From positions 524,323 to 588,322 of the forward strand of contig NW_008246073.1 of NCBI RefSeq assembly GCF_000281045.1: a stretch of DNA of 64,000 nt, written 5' to 3'. Source of the stretch: Saprolegnia diclina VS20 (taxonomy: Eukaryota). Under the pieces are notes generated by a model, which was given only the letters and a program-made list of their open reading frames with translations, ran no database searches and was not told where the DNA came from. Below are positions 1-12,179 of this stretch, piece by piece; position 1 is the stretch's first letter; the number at the start of each line of letters is the position of its first letter. Both the position numbers and the translations under genes were made by a program.

Positions 1-355
1 TCTTTTGCTTGATGGTCGCTTTTCTTGGCGCTCGCCCGAAATACATCCCTTCCCACGTTGGCATCAGAACCATCCGGTCGGTTCTTGGCAATCATGCTTG
101 ACAGCATGTCATCGTACCCGACGTTACAACGCTGATGACGACACCTCCATGAACACCGGTGAAAGCTTCGGCGTTAATCTCACGGCGTGAGAGTGGAGAC
201 ACGAACCTCCACCACCTCAATCGCAACATCGAGGTGCTGGCCATCAACACCACGGCACTCGCGCTCGCATGGCAGCTTCGTGTGGTCTGTGGCATTGTCT
301 AGCGGCAGTCGGAATGGTATTTACATCTATTCGTCACATCGGCGGCACGGGCAGG

Positions 356-448
356 TTCCTCAATCAAGACCGAGCTACTTGGGGGCAACAACCGTGTTGG
401 TGTCCGCCATGCCAGAGGTGGGCGAGGCGGGTTAGCTTTTGACTGATA
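356..448 (-). repeat. Left arm of a 93-bp inverted repeat (partner at 2037-2129); abuts the gap
   Basis: The reverse complement of 356-448 matches 2037-2129 with one mismatch (ctcggtc vs ctcagtc). Confidence 0.92.
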
Positions 449-1325
449 NNNNNNNNNNNNNNNNNNNNNNNNNNNNNNNNNNNNNNNNNNNNNNNNNNNN
501 NNNNNNNNNNNNNNNNNNNNNNNNNNNNNNNNNNNNNNNNNNNNNNNNNNNNNNNNNNNNNNNNNNNNNNNNNNNNNNNNNNNNNNNNNNNNNNNNNNNN
601 NNNNNNNNNNNNNNNNNNNNNNNNNNNNNNNNNNNNNNNNNNNNNNNNNNNNNNNNNNNNNNNNNNNNNNNNNNNNNNNNNNNNNNNNNNNNNNNNNNNN
701 NNNNNNNNNNNNNNNNNNNNNNNNNNNNNNNNNNNNNNNNNNNNNNNNNNNNNNNNNNNNNNNNNNNNNNNNNNNNNNNNNNNNNNNNNNNNNNNNNNNN
801 NNNNNNNNNNNNNNNNNNNNNNNNNNNNNNNNNNNNNNNNNNNNNNNNNNNNNNNNNNNNNNNNNNNNNNNNNNNNNNNNNNNNNNNNNNNNNNNNNNNN
901 NNNNNNNNNNNNNNNNNNNNNNNNNNNNNNNNNNNNNNNNNNNNNNNNNNNNNNNNNNNNNNNNNNNNNNNNNNNNNNNNNNNNNNNNNNNNNNNNNNNN
1001 NNNNNNNNNNNNNNNNNNNNNNNNNNNNNNNNNNNNNNNNNNNNNNNNNNNNNNNNNNNNNNNNNNNNNNNNNNNNNNNNNNNNNNNNNNNNNNNNNNNN
1101 NNNNNNNNNNNNNNNNNNNNNNNNNNNNNNNNNNNNNNNNNNNNNNNNNNNNNNNNNNNNNNNNNNNNNNNNNNNNNNNNNNNNNNNNNNNNNNNNNNNN
1201 NNNNNNNNNNNNNNNNNNNNNNNNNNNNNNNNNNNNNNNNNNNNNNNNNNNNNNNNNNNNNNNNNNNNNNNNNNNNNNNNNNNNNNNNNNNNNNNNNNNN
1301 NNNNNNNNNNNNNNNNNNNNNNNNN
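449..1325. other. Assembly gap (run of N)
   Basis: Continuous N run. Confidence 0.99.
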
Positions 1326-1828
1326 GAATGTATCCTCATCGAGCTCGTGTCAAACACTGACATGCTCGTAACACTGGAACCAAAACGTCGTAAACGAGAA
1401 GGCGACCATCCATGATCCGTCACGTTTTCTGGACCAGCGACCTCGTTCGGAACCTCGAGTTTGGTGTCATCTATATGCTCACCGAAAAATTGGCGCGCGC
1501 CCATGCGTGTTCACGCTCTCAGCCGATCCGCACCGCGATTTGTAGAGCGGAACTTTGCTCGCGCACGGCCGCTCACCAAGACCAACACAGCTTTCCACTG
1601 GGCGCTCGCGTATTTTGGGCTCGCGCAGGCACCAGTTCCCGCCCGGCCCGAGGTGACCTCGACGTACTGGACGCGACCTTTTCGGTGGCGCGCTTCGAGC
1701 ACGTCCCAGCGTACGTCTTTGGCAACTCCTCCCGGTCATCTACACGCTAAAGATGGACGCCGCCGCCGTCGGCATCGCGACCTCACAACTCGATTGGCCC
1801 CAACCGCATGGCGTCATCTCTGGGGGGA

Positions 1829-1903
1829 CCGCCTCGCCCACCTCTGGCATGGAGGACACCAACACGGTTGTTGCCCCCAAGTAGCTCGGTCTTGATTGAG
1901 GAA
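1829..1903 (+). repeat. 75-bp internal direct copy of the same repeat
   Basis: ccgcctcgcccacctctggcatgg(a/c)ggacaccaacacggttgttgcccccaagtagctc(g/a)gtcttgattgaggaa, also present at 2055-2129. Confidence 0.92.
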
Positions 1904-2036
1904 GTTCCGTTTCCAAGAAGTGGAAGAGGTTTTCCGCGCAAGGCCGAGCGTTCTAGAAGACCAAGATATGGAAGCACGTACACGTAACAAGACCCAGGCG
2001 CAGAGCAAGCGGCTCGAGCCATCCACGAATTTGTAG

Positions 2037-2129
2037 TATCAGTCAAAAGCTAACCCGCCTCGCCCACCTCTGGCATGGCGGACACCAACACGGTTGTTGC
2101 CCCCAAGTAGCTCAGTCTTGATTGAGGAA
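2037..2129 (+). repeat. Right arm of the 93-bp inverted repeat
   Basis: tatcagtcaaaagctaacccgcc...gattgaggaa is the reverse complement of 356-448. Confidence 0.92.
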
Positions 2130-2174
2130 TGTTGATTTATGGTAATAAACGTCATGCTTATCTCGAACTACATG

Positions 2175-2252
<78 letters not shown>

Positions 2253-2285
2253 CCTTTCTATCTACCTTTCTATCTACCTTTCTAT
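2175..2285. repeat. (TATC)19 microsatellite followed by about 3 copies of TACCTTTCTATC
   Basis: Read directly from the sequence. Confidence 0.97.
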
Positions 2286-3231
2286 GCACCACACACGGTA
2301 CCACTTGCAAAATCATGCCCAAATGCTCCGAAATCAAGCATCTGGGTACGGGTACATGGATAGCTTCCGCGCTGCCTTGCGAGTTCGAGGCCGGAGCCGT
2401 GACGATATTATACAGAACACCAACGTATTGCAAATCAAAGTACGGCCCTTTCAAGTTGGGCTGCGGTAACTACAGCCCCTTCGGGCGGCCGGCGTCTGGG
2501 CACCAAGCCTCAGCGGGACTTCAGACGAGTTGATGTCAAGGTTTCCAAACTCAGATAATCTCGATGGTGAACCGACTCCGAGAAAGCAACAAGGTAATTC
2601 GACGTCAAGAAGATATGGGCCACCGCGGAGCTGCAAGTAAGGAAACAATTCTTAAAATCGTTTGCCAACCACTTCTCTGGTACCAGCTGGAGTAGGTCAC
2701 GCCAAAAAAGGAGACGGCCGAAAGTCTCGTGGCCTGCTTGCTCGAGCCTTCAGTCTCTTTGCTACGACAGCAAACTGGTCTCGGCTGCTCGCCTGCACGC
2801 GGCACGTTCACAGCGTGGTGGCATCGTCACTTGCTCTTGCAGATGCAGGCATCGATCATTATGGTTACAAGTTATGGAACGCTGTGCAGGTACGCTCGTT
2901 TGGCACGGATGATGACCAGGATCAGGTTACAACTTGATGTCGACAAACTAACGAAGGCGCTTCAAAGCCGCAGCGACAGGAAGTGCACCGTCACTGGCAA
3001 GAAGTGACCGCAAAGGAATTCAGCAGTGGCATTCGACGATTGATGCCACCCTGTAAGCTGTACAGTGTGCAGAGGGATAGGTTGGCTGCCAATAATCGTC
3101 GACACCTTTGTCACACGACCCCAACAACGCCCTTCAAAATTGGATTTGGATGAGAGAAAAAGCTTCGTCGGGTGTAGAAATTCATTCGGGCTTGTCGCTT
3201 AGTGCAGGCCAATCGTTCAGGTCGTGGCAGC

Positions 3232-5329
3232 TTACCACTTGTTGCGCAACTCGTTCGTGAAGAGCGAAACGAGCTCGACCCACGCCTGCGTGAAAGGATA
3301 CTTGGCAAGAATGTCCTTGCCGATAACCTTGACGCGCTCAAACACAACTGCGTCTTCCTTGGAAGGCTTGGCACCGTTCAAAAAGTTGGTTTGCGCGCCC
3401 TGGAGCTTGGCCTCGACAGATTCGATGGTAAAGTTGGCCGCCGTGATCGCGCCCGATGCCGGCTTGGCGACTTGCTCATCCGGCTTCATGGCCGGGAACA
3501 ACAGCACTTCCTTGATGTTGAACTTGTTGGTCAAGAACATCGCAATGCGGTCGACGCCGCAGCCCCAGCCACCCGTCGGCGGAAGGCCGTACTCCATAGC
3601 CGTGCAGAACGACTCATCGTGGGGTTGAGCTTCGTCATCGCCAGCCGCGGCTTGGCCCATTTGCTCCACAAACCGTTCGCGCTGAACCCTACGGTGATGG
3701 AAGACATATGTGAGCAAAACGGCAATGCACATCAGGTGGAAACGCACACTGGGTTGTTGAGCTCCGTGTACGCGTTACAGATCTCCGAGCCGGCAAAGAA
3801 CATTTCGAAGCGCTCCGTGAGGCCGGGCATCGACCGGTGGTACTTGGCGAGCGGGCTCATGACCGTCGGGTGGTCCATGATGAAGAACGGCTTCTTCCAG
3901 TTTTCCTAAAGCCCAATGACGCAGATAAGACACCGATTGATAGGAAGATGAGCAACGTACGCGGTTGTCTTCGATGAAGTGCGCCACGAGCTTGTCGAGA
4001 AGACGCGCAAGCGAACGCGGCGGAGCGCACTCGAGGTCGTATTTCTTGACGAGCGTCTCGAGGACGGCGACGCACTTCTCGGGCTCGTTGATCGGGATCT
4101 TGGTACCGGTGGCCTCCTCAATGGCGCTGACCATCGAGATGCGCTTGTACGGGGGCGAGAAATCGATCGTGATCTCTTCACCATCCTTCTCGATCGTGAT
4201 CGTTTGCCCGCCAGTGATCTCCTGAACCATGCCGGAGAACATCTTCTCCGTCATGTCCATGATATCGTTGTAGTCTGCGTACGCCTGGTAAAACTCGCAG
4301 CTCGTGAATTCCGGGTTGTGCGTCAAGTCGATGCCTTCGTTGCGGAACTGGCGGCCGATCTCGTACACGCGGTCGAGGCCACCGATGATGAGCTGCTTCA
4401 AGTAGAGCTCCGGAGCGACGCGCATGAAGAGGTTCATGTGCAAGTCGTTGTGGTACGTCACAAACGGCTTGGCCGTCGCACCGCCGACGATCATGTTCAT
4501 CATTGGCGTCTCGACCTCGAGGAACTGGCGCGCATCAAGGAAGCGGCGAATGTAGTTGATGACCTTGGAGCGCGTAGTGAAGACCTTGCGCGTTTCGTCG
4601 TTCAAGATCAAATCCAAGTAGCTACGAAATAATCAATATATGAGACCGAGCAAGAACGAAGTACCGCTGGCGGAAGCGAGTGTCCTGGTTCGAGAGACCG
4701 TAGTGGGCCTTCGGGAGCATGTGCATGCACGGCGAGAGGAGCACAATCGACTGCGGGAAGATAGAGAGCTCGCCCTTCTTGGACTTGCCCGGGAAACCCG
4801 TGATGCCAACAAGATCGCCGCGGCGAAGCGACGCGTGGATACGAGCGTATGCTTCCGCGTTCACGTACGTGTCAATGCTCGACATGACCTGGATGCTGGC
4901 CCCGTCAGCATTGAGACCGTAAAAGTGAAGCTTGGCACCACTCGCACGCTTGCTCATCAAGCGACCGGCGACCGACACGAGCTCAGTGGCAATGTGTGCC
5001 CCGGCCTCACAGCCGTGGTACTTGGCGACGAAGTCCGGGACGGAAGACGTGACTTGGAACTTGTGCGGATAAGGGTTGATGCCATCGGCTTCAAGCTCGG
5101 CGAGGAGTTTCGTGCGGTTGTCGAAGTACGCGGTTGGGTCCAGCTCGTCGTCCGCTTCGGTGGTCGTCTTCTTGGCAGCCGTTGGCGCCTTGGCGGCCTT
5201 GGCAGCTTCCTTCTCGGCCTTGGCTGCGGCAGCCTTGGCGGCCTTTTCGCGGCGCTTGAGTTCGTTCTTGCTGAGCTTTTCCTCGCCAGCAGGAGGCGGG
5301 ATGGCAGTGGCAGCGGCTTCAGAGCTCAT
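3232..5329 (-). CDS. KARS1: Class II lysyl-tRNA synthetase (multi-exon) with a C-terminal extension
   Basis: SKNELKRR N-terminal helix, OB-fold region, [36 protein letters not shown] (motif 2), [17 protein letters not shown] (motif 3), [12 protein letters not shown]. Short GT-AG introns link the ORF pieces. Confidence 0.97.
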
Positions 5330-6075
5330 CGTGTCGACTGGACGGGATTTCCTGAAATAAGCAGTCACGCGAAACCTCAGCTCTCGCACCTGATTGGCCA
5401 AAATGCCTTTGAAATCCAAAAATGCGTGGCTCGGCACTTTTTGTCATTGCCAGTCGATTGCGCACACCACTCAGGTGCTTAAAACTTAAAAATGCACCTG
5501 ATAACCTTAACATGGCCAGAAACACCACATAATGACATAATTTATATCGTTACAAGGCAGCAAACGCAATACAAGTTTTGGTGTTTTTAGACTCTCTCAT
5601 ATATAGGCAATCTGGTGCTCTTTTGAAAGCTTCAACTTGAGAATAAGTGCTGGTGCAAATTGTATCCACAAGAATGCGCCAGTGCGGGAGGGATGGGCCA
5701 CCGCGATCGTCTTGCGGACCCGCTGCCGGACGAGCTTCAGAAATTCTTGGAGGACGCACACGCCAGCCCGACGCAAACGAGCGAGCTCACCTCTGCATTG
5801 TGGTACTCGGATTGACCCATGTAACTGTAATCCTTGTGCAAAGTCAGGGGCGATCTTGGCATCTCTTATGACACATTACGCTTCGCACGGCAATTAACTA
5901 AGCTAGGCCTGATTTGCATTGAGGACCAAACTATGTTTGTGTCGGTGTACGAAGGTGCGGTGCCGACAGCATTCAAATGACAGCCATCTCGTCTCGAAAA
6001 TGAAAACGAAAGAATGCATGTTAATTGCTCATAAAGTGAGTGGTGTCGTTGCGCCAAGTCCTGGGAGGTCTGTGT

Positions 6076-8739
6076 TTAGAGGGAGTGGTGGCCGCTAATG
6101 TCGATAGCGTCGGCGTCATCAGCGCCCCTCGCGACGCTGGCTTTGTAGCAAATGATCTTGGCACGAGTCCACGAGAAGGTGTTATCCCAGCAGAGCACAG
6201 CTACGCCTGCGCCGGGAGCCGTCCACGATCCTGCTTCGACTTGGCCGTGGACGAAACGAGTCTTGTCCCAGCCATCGACCGTGTGTTCTTCGGCGCCACC
6301 GTCACCTTGCGTCCGAAACTTGATCGTGAAGTCCACATCGTATGCAAACACTGAAAACTCCCAGCACACTGTATCGTTGGCGTTGACTCGAAAAGGGACT
6401 TGAAGCACATCACGGGAGCGAATCTCGGCCTCGGTCGCCCCATTTTCGCGGAGCGCACCATAAGAGTCTTTCCCGAGGAGACCCGAGGAAGGCACGACAA
6501 CACTCGTGTTCGTGCCGCCTATAAGGGGTAAGTATCTCTCCGTCCCACAAATTGGCTGCACACCCATGAGCTCGGGCAGCTTCTCCGGAGGGCATATGTT
6601 GTATAGCTGTTCTTTTTCGCCGCGCTTAAGGAACTCGATTTTTTCCCGCTGGGTGTCGTTGAGCCAAAGCTTGATACCCTTCCAGACAGTTTGGAACACC
6701 CACTACGGAGAGTATTGTGCATACTGTAGAACGAAACAAGGAAGATGTCAGTCTCACCGGTGTGTTGAGAAAAAGAGTCCTCTGCACCATCTCGGGGTAG
6801 CATGCAGACGCAAGAGATACGATGTTCTGTGCGCGGCTCAGTGCTGGACGTGAAATGCGCGTGAGCGAGAATCCATCGAGGTCCCGAATCACGTTGCAGC
6901 GGACCATCGTCCGGTGCTCGACGCTGAGCTTGTCCAGTGTCAGAGCTCGGTGTTCCATTTCATGGAGCGAGTAGGCAAGCCACTCATCGTCCGAAACGTT
7001 CACCATGAGCCCATAGATGTCATAAGCTCCAATTTTCTCGAAGCAGTACACGTTGTGACTGGAGTCCACGACGTCGTAAGCCGTCACTGCCGGCATGTAG
7101 CGCCTACATACATAACCACACTTGACCCTTATGAAGAAGTGCAATAAACCAACTTGATCTTTTCATAATATGGGAAGTCGACGACGGTCATGTTGCCGAG
7201 TACGATGTTGTCTCGAATTTGGTCCATGTTGTGCTTTTGTCTCAATGCAAGCATGGCAGAGTAGCGCTCGGCAGCCTAAAAATGCCAGACATATCACCAA
7301 ACAGTTGTAGTACTAACAAACCTACCAAGGTCACATTGCCTTTGTGTCCGCGAAGGAAGCGCAACAGACCCACGTTTCGCATTGCGTCGGCCTCGGGTCC
7401 ACACGGGAGCAGATCATCTCTCAGGCGTATTTGAAGTTCTACAAAAGTGTGACTCGTGGCGTTGCTTGCTAAAATGCTTCATATACCGTAGAGGGACTTC
7501 ATCTCTTGCTCTGGATTCGCAGAGGCGACAGGGAGCTCCGGCAGGACCGTCGGAATCGGCTTTGGGGGCGACGTTGTTGGAGACACGGGGGCTGCATTTG
7601 TGTCAAGGGCCATCGGCTCCGTGAACTCGGTGACTTCGCGCGAGGCTTCAGTGGAGTACAAAAACGACGAGCTTGCTGCCTTGGGTGTATCGTTCATGCG
7701 ACGCACGCGCTCGAGCTCCATCAAGCTGATAGCGTTGGACTGCTCTGTCACACGCGTCACGTGATCTCGCAGCTTTTGGTCTCCATGTTCCTTTTGCAAT
7801 GCTTACAACGACGAATGACGGCTGCGGAATACCTTGACTCGACGTGTTCGCTCAGCTTCAGCGAGTTGAACAGCATCCTCAATGGACTTGCGTCGGTCCA
7901 AATGGGATTGCAACTTTCATAATCTAGAGTAAGCCCATGTGGGACAAGGTCGTATTTTACCTCTGCCACGTTGTTACGACTCATGCGCCTGATGCGCTCC
8001 GTCTCCGAAGCAACCAAGACCTCTTTCTTGGACTGCTCCCGATGCATTTCATTGTGCACCTGTCGTATTAAAATGGATCAAACATTCGAAATGTAGAGCA
8101 GCTCACCTGCGCCATTTGCTCTTGGCTGATGCGACGTGTGCGCTCCGCTTCCATCAGCTCCACGGCTTCTTTTTTGGCGTTTTCGCGGCACATTTCGCTG
8201 TGCACCTGGTTGTAGATAAGTTTTGCATTCTTGTTTTCAGACGCCGTACCCGAGTAAGGTTATCTTCGCTCATGCGGCGGCAACGCTCCTCTTCCATCAA
8301 GAGGATGACTTCGTTCTTGGAAGTCTCTCGGATCATTTCGCTGTGAACCTACTAAATATTCTATACCGCAGCGTTCCCCAATGGCTTTTACCTCGGCCAG
8401 GTTCTGATGGCTCACACGCCGGATGCGTTCCGTCTCCATCGCAGCAACAGCGTACTCGATATTGATTTCGCGCAGAATCTTGGACTCTTGCTACATAAAA
8501 TGTGTTCACTTTCGCGTCGAAACACAACAACACCTACGTCGCTCGCCGCATGTTCTTGGACGCGTCGAGAACGCTCATCCTCGGCCGCTGTCTTCACCCT
8601 ATCGCACCAGAACCAGCGTTAGCGACCTCTGCCATGTAGCGGGATTGTACATCTTCACGTTGCGGCGGATATCGTCGGCCTCCTCGGGCACAGGATATGG
8701 GGTCGCGTCCGACGTGAGGTTCGCCGGGCGAGTCTCCAT
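6076..8739 (-). CDS. Sec14-like CRAL-TRIO + GOLD domain lipid-transfer protein with N-terminal 33-aa repeats (multi-exon)
   Basis: LLRFLRGHKG (CRAL-TRIO_N), VIRDLDGFSL...CYPEMVQRTLFLNTP-WVFQTVWKGIKLWL...LPELMG (CRAL-TRIO), WEFSV..YDVDF...LCWDNTFSWTRAK (GOLD). I joined the upstream exons by hand; the start at 8739 is inferred. Confidence 0.85.
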
Positions 8740-8890
8740 CGTGGGGCAAATCTCGAAATGTCTGAGAGGGTTGTTGACCGTTTCACGTTTCTCCGGTTAG
8801 CCTAATTGCAGGCTTCAAGTAGGATCCTGCCTAATCGGACGGAGCTCATCCGGATAAGATCCAATTGGGATTCCAAGCCAACCAAATTGA

Positions 8891-8900
8891 GCTCATTTGC
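8891..8900 (+). promoter_or_regulatory. Possible oomycete initiator-like element (GCTCATTT) in a short bidirectional promoter with a CCAAT box
   Basis: gctcatttgc lies 30 nt upstream of ATG 8921 and resembles the oomycete GCTCATTYY core; ccaat at 8861. Divergent ATGs at 8739(-) and 8921(+). Confidence 0.35.
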
Positions 8901-8920
8901 CGTCCCGCGCTCGTGACACC

Positions 8921-9627
8921 ATGGCGACGACTCCGATTGCAGGCATTGCGCAGCTCCAGCACCGACTCGCAGAGCTGGCTCCCAAGCTTGCACCGCAGCC
9001 GATGCCCAAGTTCCAGCCAACGCATTCGAAGGCGACGGTCGGCAAGACTGCTCATGTCGCTCGCGGTCTGGACCTTCTCATGCTGATGTGTGCGACCCAA
9101 GCGCAGAAGGAAGAGGTGCTGGAGCTTGTTCAAAAGTTCAACAAGTCTCCCGAGTCGGACGAAATCGCAATCCTCGGCGCATTTGACGCAGCCACCAATG
9201 CCTTCAACCTCACGAAGGCCACCTATTTAAGCGAAACGCCCATGCTCGTGCACAACTTTGTCGAGCTCGTTGAGCTGCAAGTCGAAGACCCCGAGGCGGC
9301 TGCAGAGGCCATTGACGCACTGCTTGCAACCAACGGCCATGACGTGTCGGAACGTTCCATTGCCGAAGAGTGCTTGTCCGTCGCATATGCTCTGCACACG
9401 CTTCTCCGGTATTTATCGACGTCATGTGCATTGCTTCCTATTGAACGTATGGGTTGTGTAGCGCGTTCCCGAGCATTCCATTTACCATCCAAGGCTCGCC
9501 CGTAGAGATCAACGAAACTACTGAAGTCCTCCCGCTCTTCCTACCCCTTTTTGCTGCCCCCGAGAAGACTAAGGCGGTGCATACGAAGAGCAAGACCGCG
9601 ACCAAGAAACGCAAGCAGCGCGTATAA
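8921..9627 (+). CDS. Hypothetical protein with a basic C-terminus (TKKRKQRV)
   Basis: Long ORF from MATTPIAG, putative short introns near 9409-9505, stop TAA at 9625-9627. Confidence 0.6.
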
Positions 9628-9699
9628 TTGTTCCAATATCTAAAGCCTCAGCATTTACTCGTTGATCAAGTGTATGGTGCTTGGCGGGCAGTTTCAACG

Positions 9700-10620
9700 C
9701 TCTACAGTCAAAGCCGTCCCTTCAAACGAGGATCGAGCGACATGATCGAGCGATGGAAGTCCGTGCAGCCGACACGGTGGGATCAATTCGCCCCGAAGCC
9801 GAAAAGCTCTCTCTCCGTCCAGCGAACAAGAATCTGTAGGCGCGTATCTTGAGATAATAGTATGTACGCACTGGATGACATAGCGTCGAGCGGGCGGCCG
9901 AAGATGAGCGACAGCGCCGCCTCCATGTGCATAAGGATGAAGACGACTAAGTCGCTGTCGTTCGTGAAATCAACATCAAATACGCGGTGTTTGTCATGGA
10001 GGCCGAACGTCAACGACGCATTTGCCATGACACCTTGACAAAGGTAATGAATGAATACTAGTACTCATGATGTAGGGAAACCTGACAAAACGGATCGCTC
10101 TGACGTAGGTGCACGAACAACTGCTGCGCGCAAATTCAATCAAGGAGGTGATGGAACTCGTTGAAACAGAGCGATCGCACCGCGTCAGTGCTGATCGGCT
10201 CACTCAGGCACGTTCCGTGTCATACGCAGCACTAATCCTTATGATGCGCGAATACAGGTTCACCGCGAGCTTGGAGTAACGTCATCCAAGAAGGGCGTTG
10301 TCAATCAAATGGAGGCTCGGTGCATTCGCCGCATGAGCTAAGAGAGCATCACAAGTGTTCACAGCGAGCTGTTGCGCGCGAAGGCGCAAAAAGACCTTGT
10401 TCTTGATAGTGAAACCGAGCGCCGAATGCGTCAAGACGCCCAGGGTGTTCAGTGAGCCGCAGCTACTTGTAGCTGAATTGCATGCATGCTTCCGAGAAAC
10501 ATGTCATTTACCAACCTGTTCGATTGACTGTGAAGTGTGGCGCCGAGAATTGATTCCCAGGAAGGTGCATATATACGCTTCAAACGTCACGCCGCAACAA
10601 TAGAAACCCGATGGACCTCG
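9700..10620 (-). CDS. Possible multi-exon hypothetical gene (boundaries uncertain)
   Basis: Coding-like segment ANASLTFGLHDKHRVFDVDFTNDSDLVVFILMHMEAALSLIFG flanked by GT/AG sites; I could not resolve a full model. Confidence 0.3.
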
Positions 10621-10976
10621 ATGGTATTTATTACTAGTACTGGGTACTAGTCATAAATACCATCGAAGATGTTGTCACTTATAAGAGCTTTTGTCCGGCC
10701 GTCGTCGTGCGTGACACAGAGTACAACTTCATTTCTAATCATCCATAAAGAGTTCTCAGCCCTGCCTTGCTTGTTTTGCGCCCCTTTGAAAGGCAGGTTC
10801 AGAGACACGAGGCGATGAGACCGGCAAGGGAAATGAAGCGGTGTTGAACTTGGCCATCTCGATTAAGTGCGCGAATGCACCAGCAGCGTCATTCAAACAT
10901 CAACATCACCTGGGGTTTCAAATAAGTACGGGCGAATGCACAGTTAACGTTACTGGCAGATACATCTTCGTTGAGC

Positions 10977-12095
10977 ATGGGCGCGCTGATTAGCCAGCTC
11001 GTGTTCCAGCCGCCGCCAGCGACATACACGAGCTGTCGCCGCTACACCATGCTAGCGACAGCACTGCACAACCGCATTGCGTCCTTCTACATCAAGAATG
11101 AGTGCGTATTTAGGCTGTAGGGCGACCTATGGAGGCTCACGATACTTCCAAAGGCGCGCGAAGTACACGCTGCTCTTTGCCCACGGCAACGCTGAGGACC
11201 TTGGCATGATCTACGAGTGGTTTCGCGAAGTGAGCCGCCGTCTGCAGGTCGGAACTGAATCGATCGCAAAGATCGTACTACGTATTGTAGGTCAACGTGA
11301 TGGCATTCGACTACACCGGGTATGGCATCAGCGTTGGCGAGCCGTCAGAGGATGCATGCATTGCTGACATTGAAGCCGCGTTTGCGTACCTCGTTGATGT
11401 CAAGAAGACGCCTCCCCACCTTATATTATTGTGCGCACTGCATAGTGGGCAATTGAGCAGGGCGTAACGCGATCTAGATACGGCCGGTCGCTCGGCACGG
11501 GACCGACGACATATCTTGCGGCAAAGCAATCCAAGCTGAAGCAACCTGTCGCAGGTGTCATTTTGCAGGTAAGACCGTGCTTCTGTAAGATCGGCTCATC
11601 GTTGTGTGCGTCCTAGAGCCCTCTTCTCTCCATCTACCGCGTGGCGTTCCAGTTCCGGTTCTCGCTCCCAGGCGACATGTTCTGCAATATTAATCGCGCA
11701 CCCGAGATTGCGTCACCAATTACCATTATCCATGGCACGCGGGACGAAGTCATTCCGTTCTGGCACGGCGAGGTAGACGGCAAGGCTTATGCACGACTCG
11801 GAGACATCGTTATGCATAGGAACTCTTTTTAGCATGCAACCCCGCGTGGCGATCGAAGCCGCTTTGGGTCCACGATGCGGGGCACAACAATATCGAAGTG
11901 TTTTTAAGGTACAGCCTCACCTGCTCATGGTGACTCAAGGACACACGTAGTGCTTTTGGCGACGGTTTCTTCCAGCACCTGCGGAACTTTGTGCACTTGT
12001 GCAACGAAGTCGCGACGATTCGTGCATCAGAGGCGACAAGTAGTGCACAGGAAATGGCTGCTTCGCATGTCCAAACTATGCTCACTAGTATCTAA
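10977..12095 (+). CDS. ABHD17-like alpha/beta hydrolase (putative depalmitoylase), multi-exon
   Basis: MGALISQLVFQPP, LFAHGNAEDLG, FDYTGYG, YGRSLGTGPT (nucleophile), IIHGTRDEVIP, AGHNNIE. Confidence 0.93.
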
Positions 12096-12179
12096 GCCGT
12101 CGAGTTTCAGAGCTAGCTAGGTAATCTGACTCGAATTTATGGTACATGTATTCGAGCATGCCCTTGCACGAGAACTAGC

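Noticed and set aside
299..1504. Long ORFs through the N run
   Set aside because: Artefacts of the assembly gap.
1829..2129. Direct repeats as a possible CRISPR array
   Set aside because: Only two 75-bp copies about 150 bp apart, in a eukaryotic context with no cas genes.
2129..2533. ORFs with SIYL repeats
   Set aside because: Translation of the TATC microsatellite.
2300..3100. Short ORFs downstream of the microsatellite
   Set aside because: No recognisable homology or coherent exon chain.
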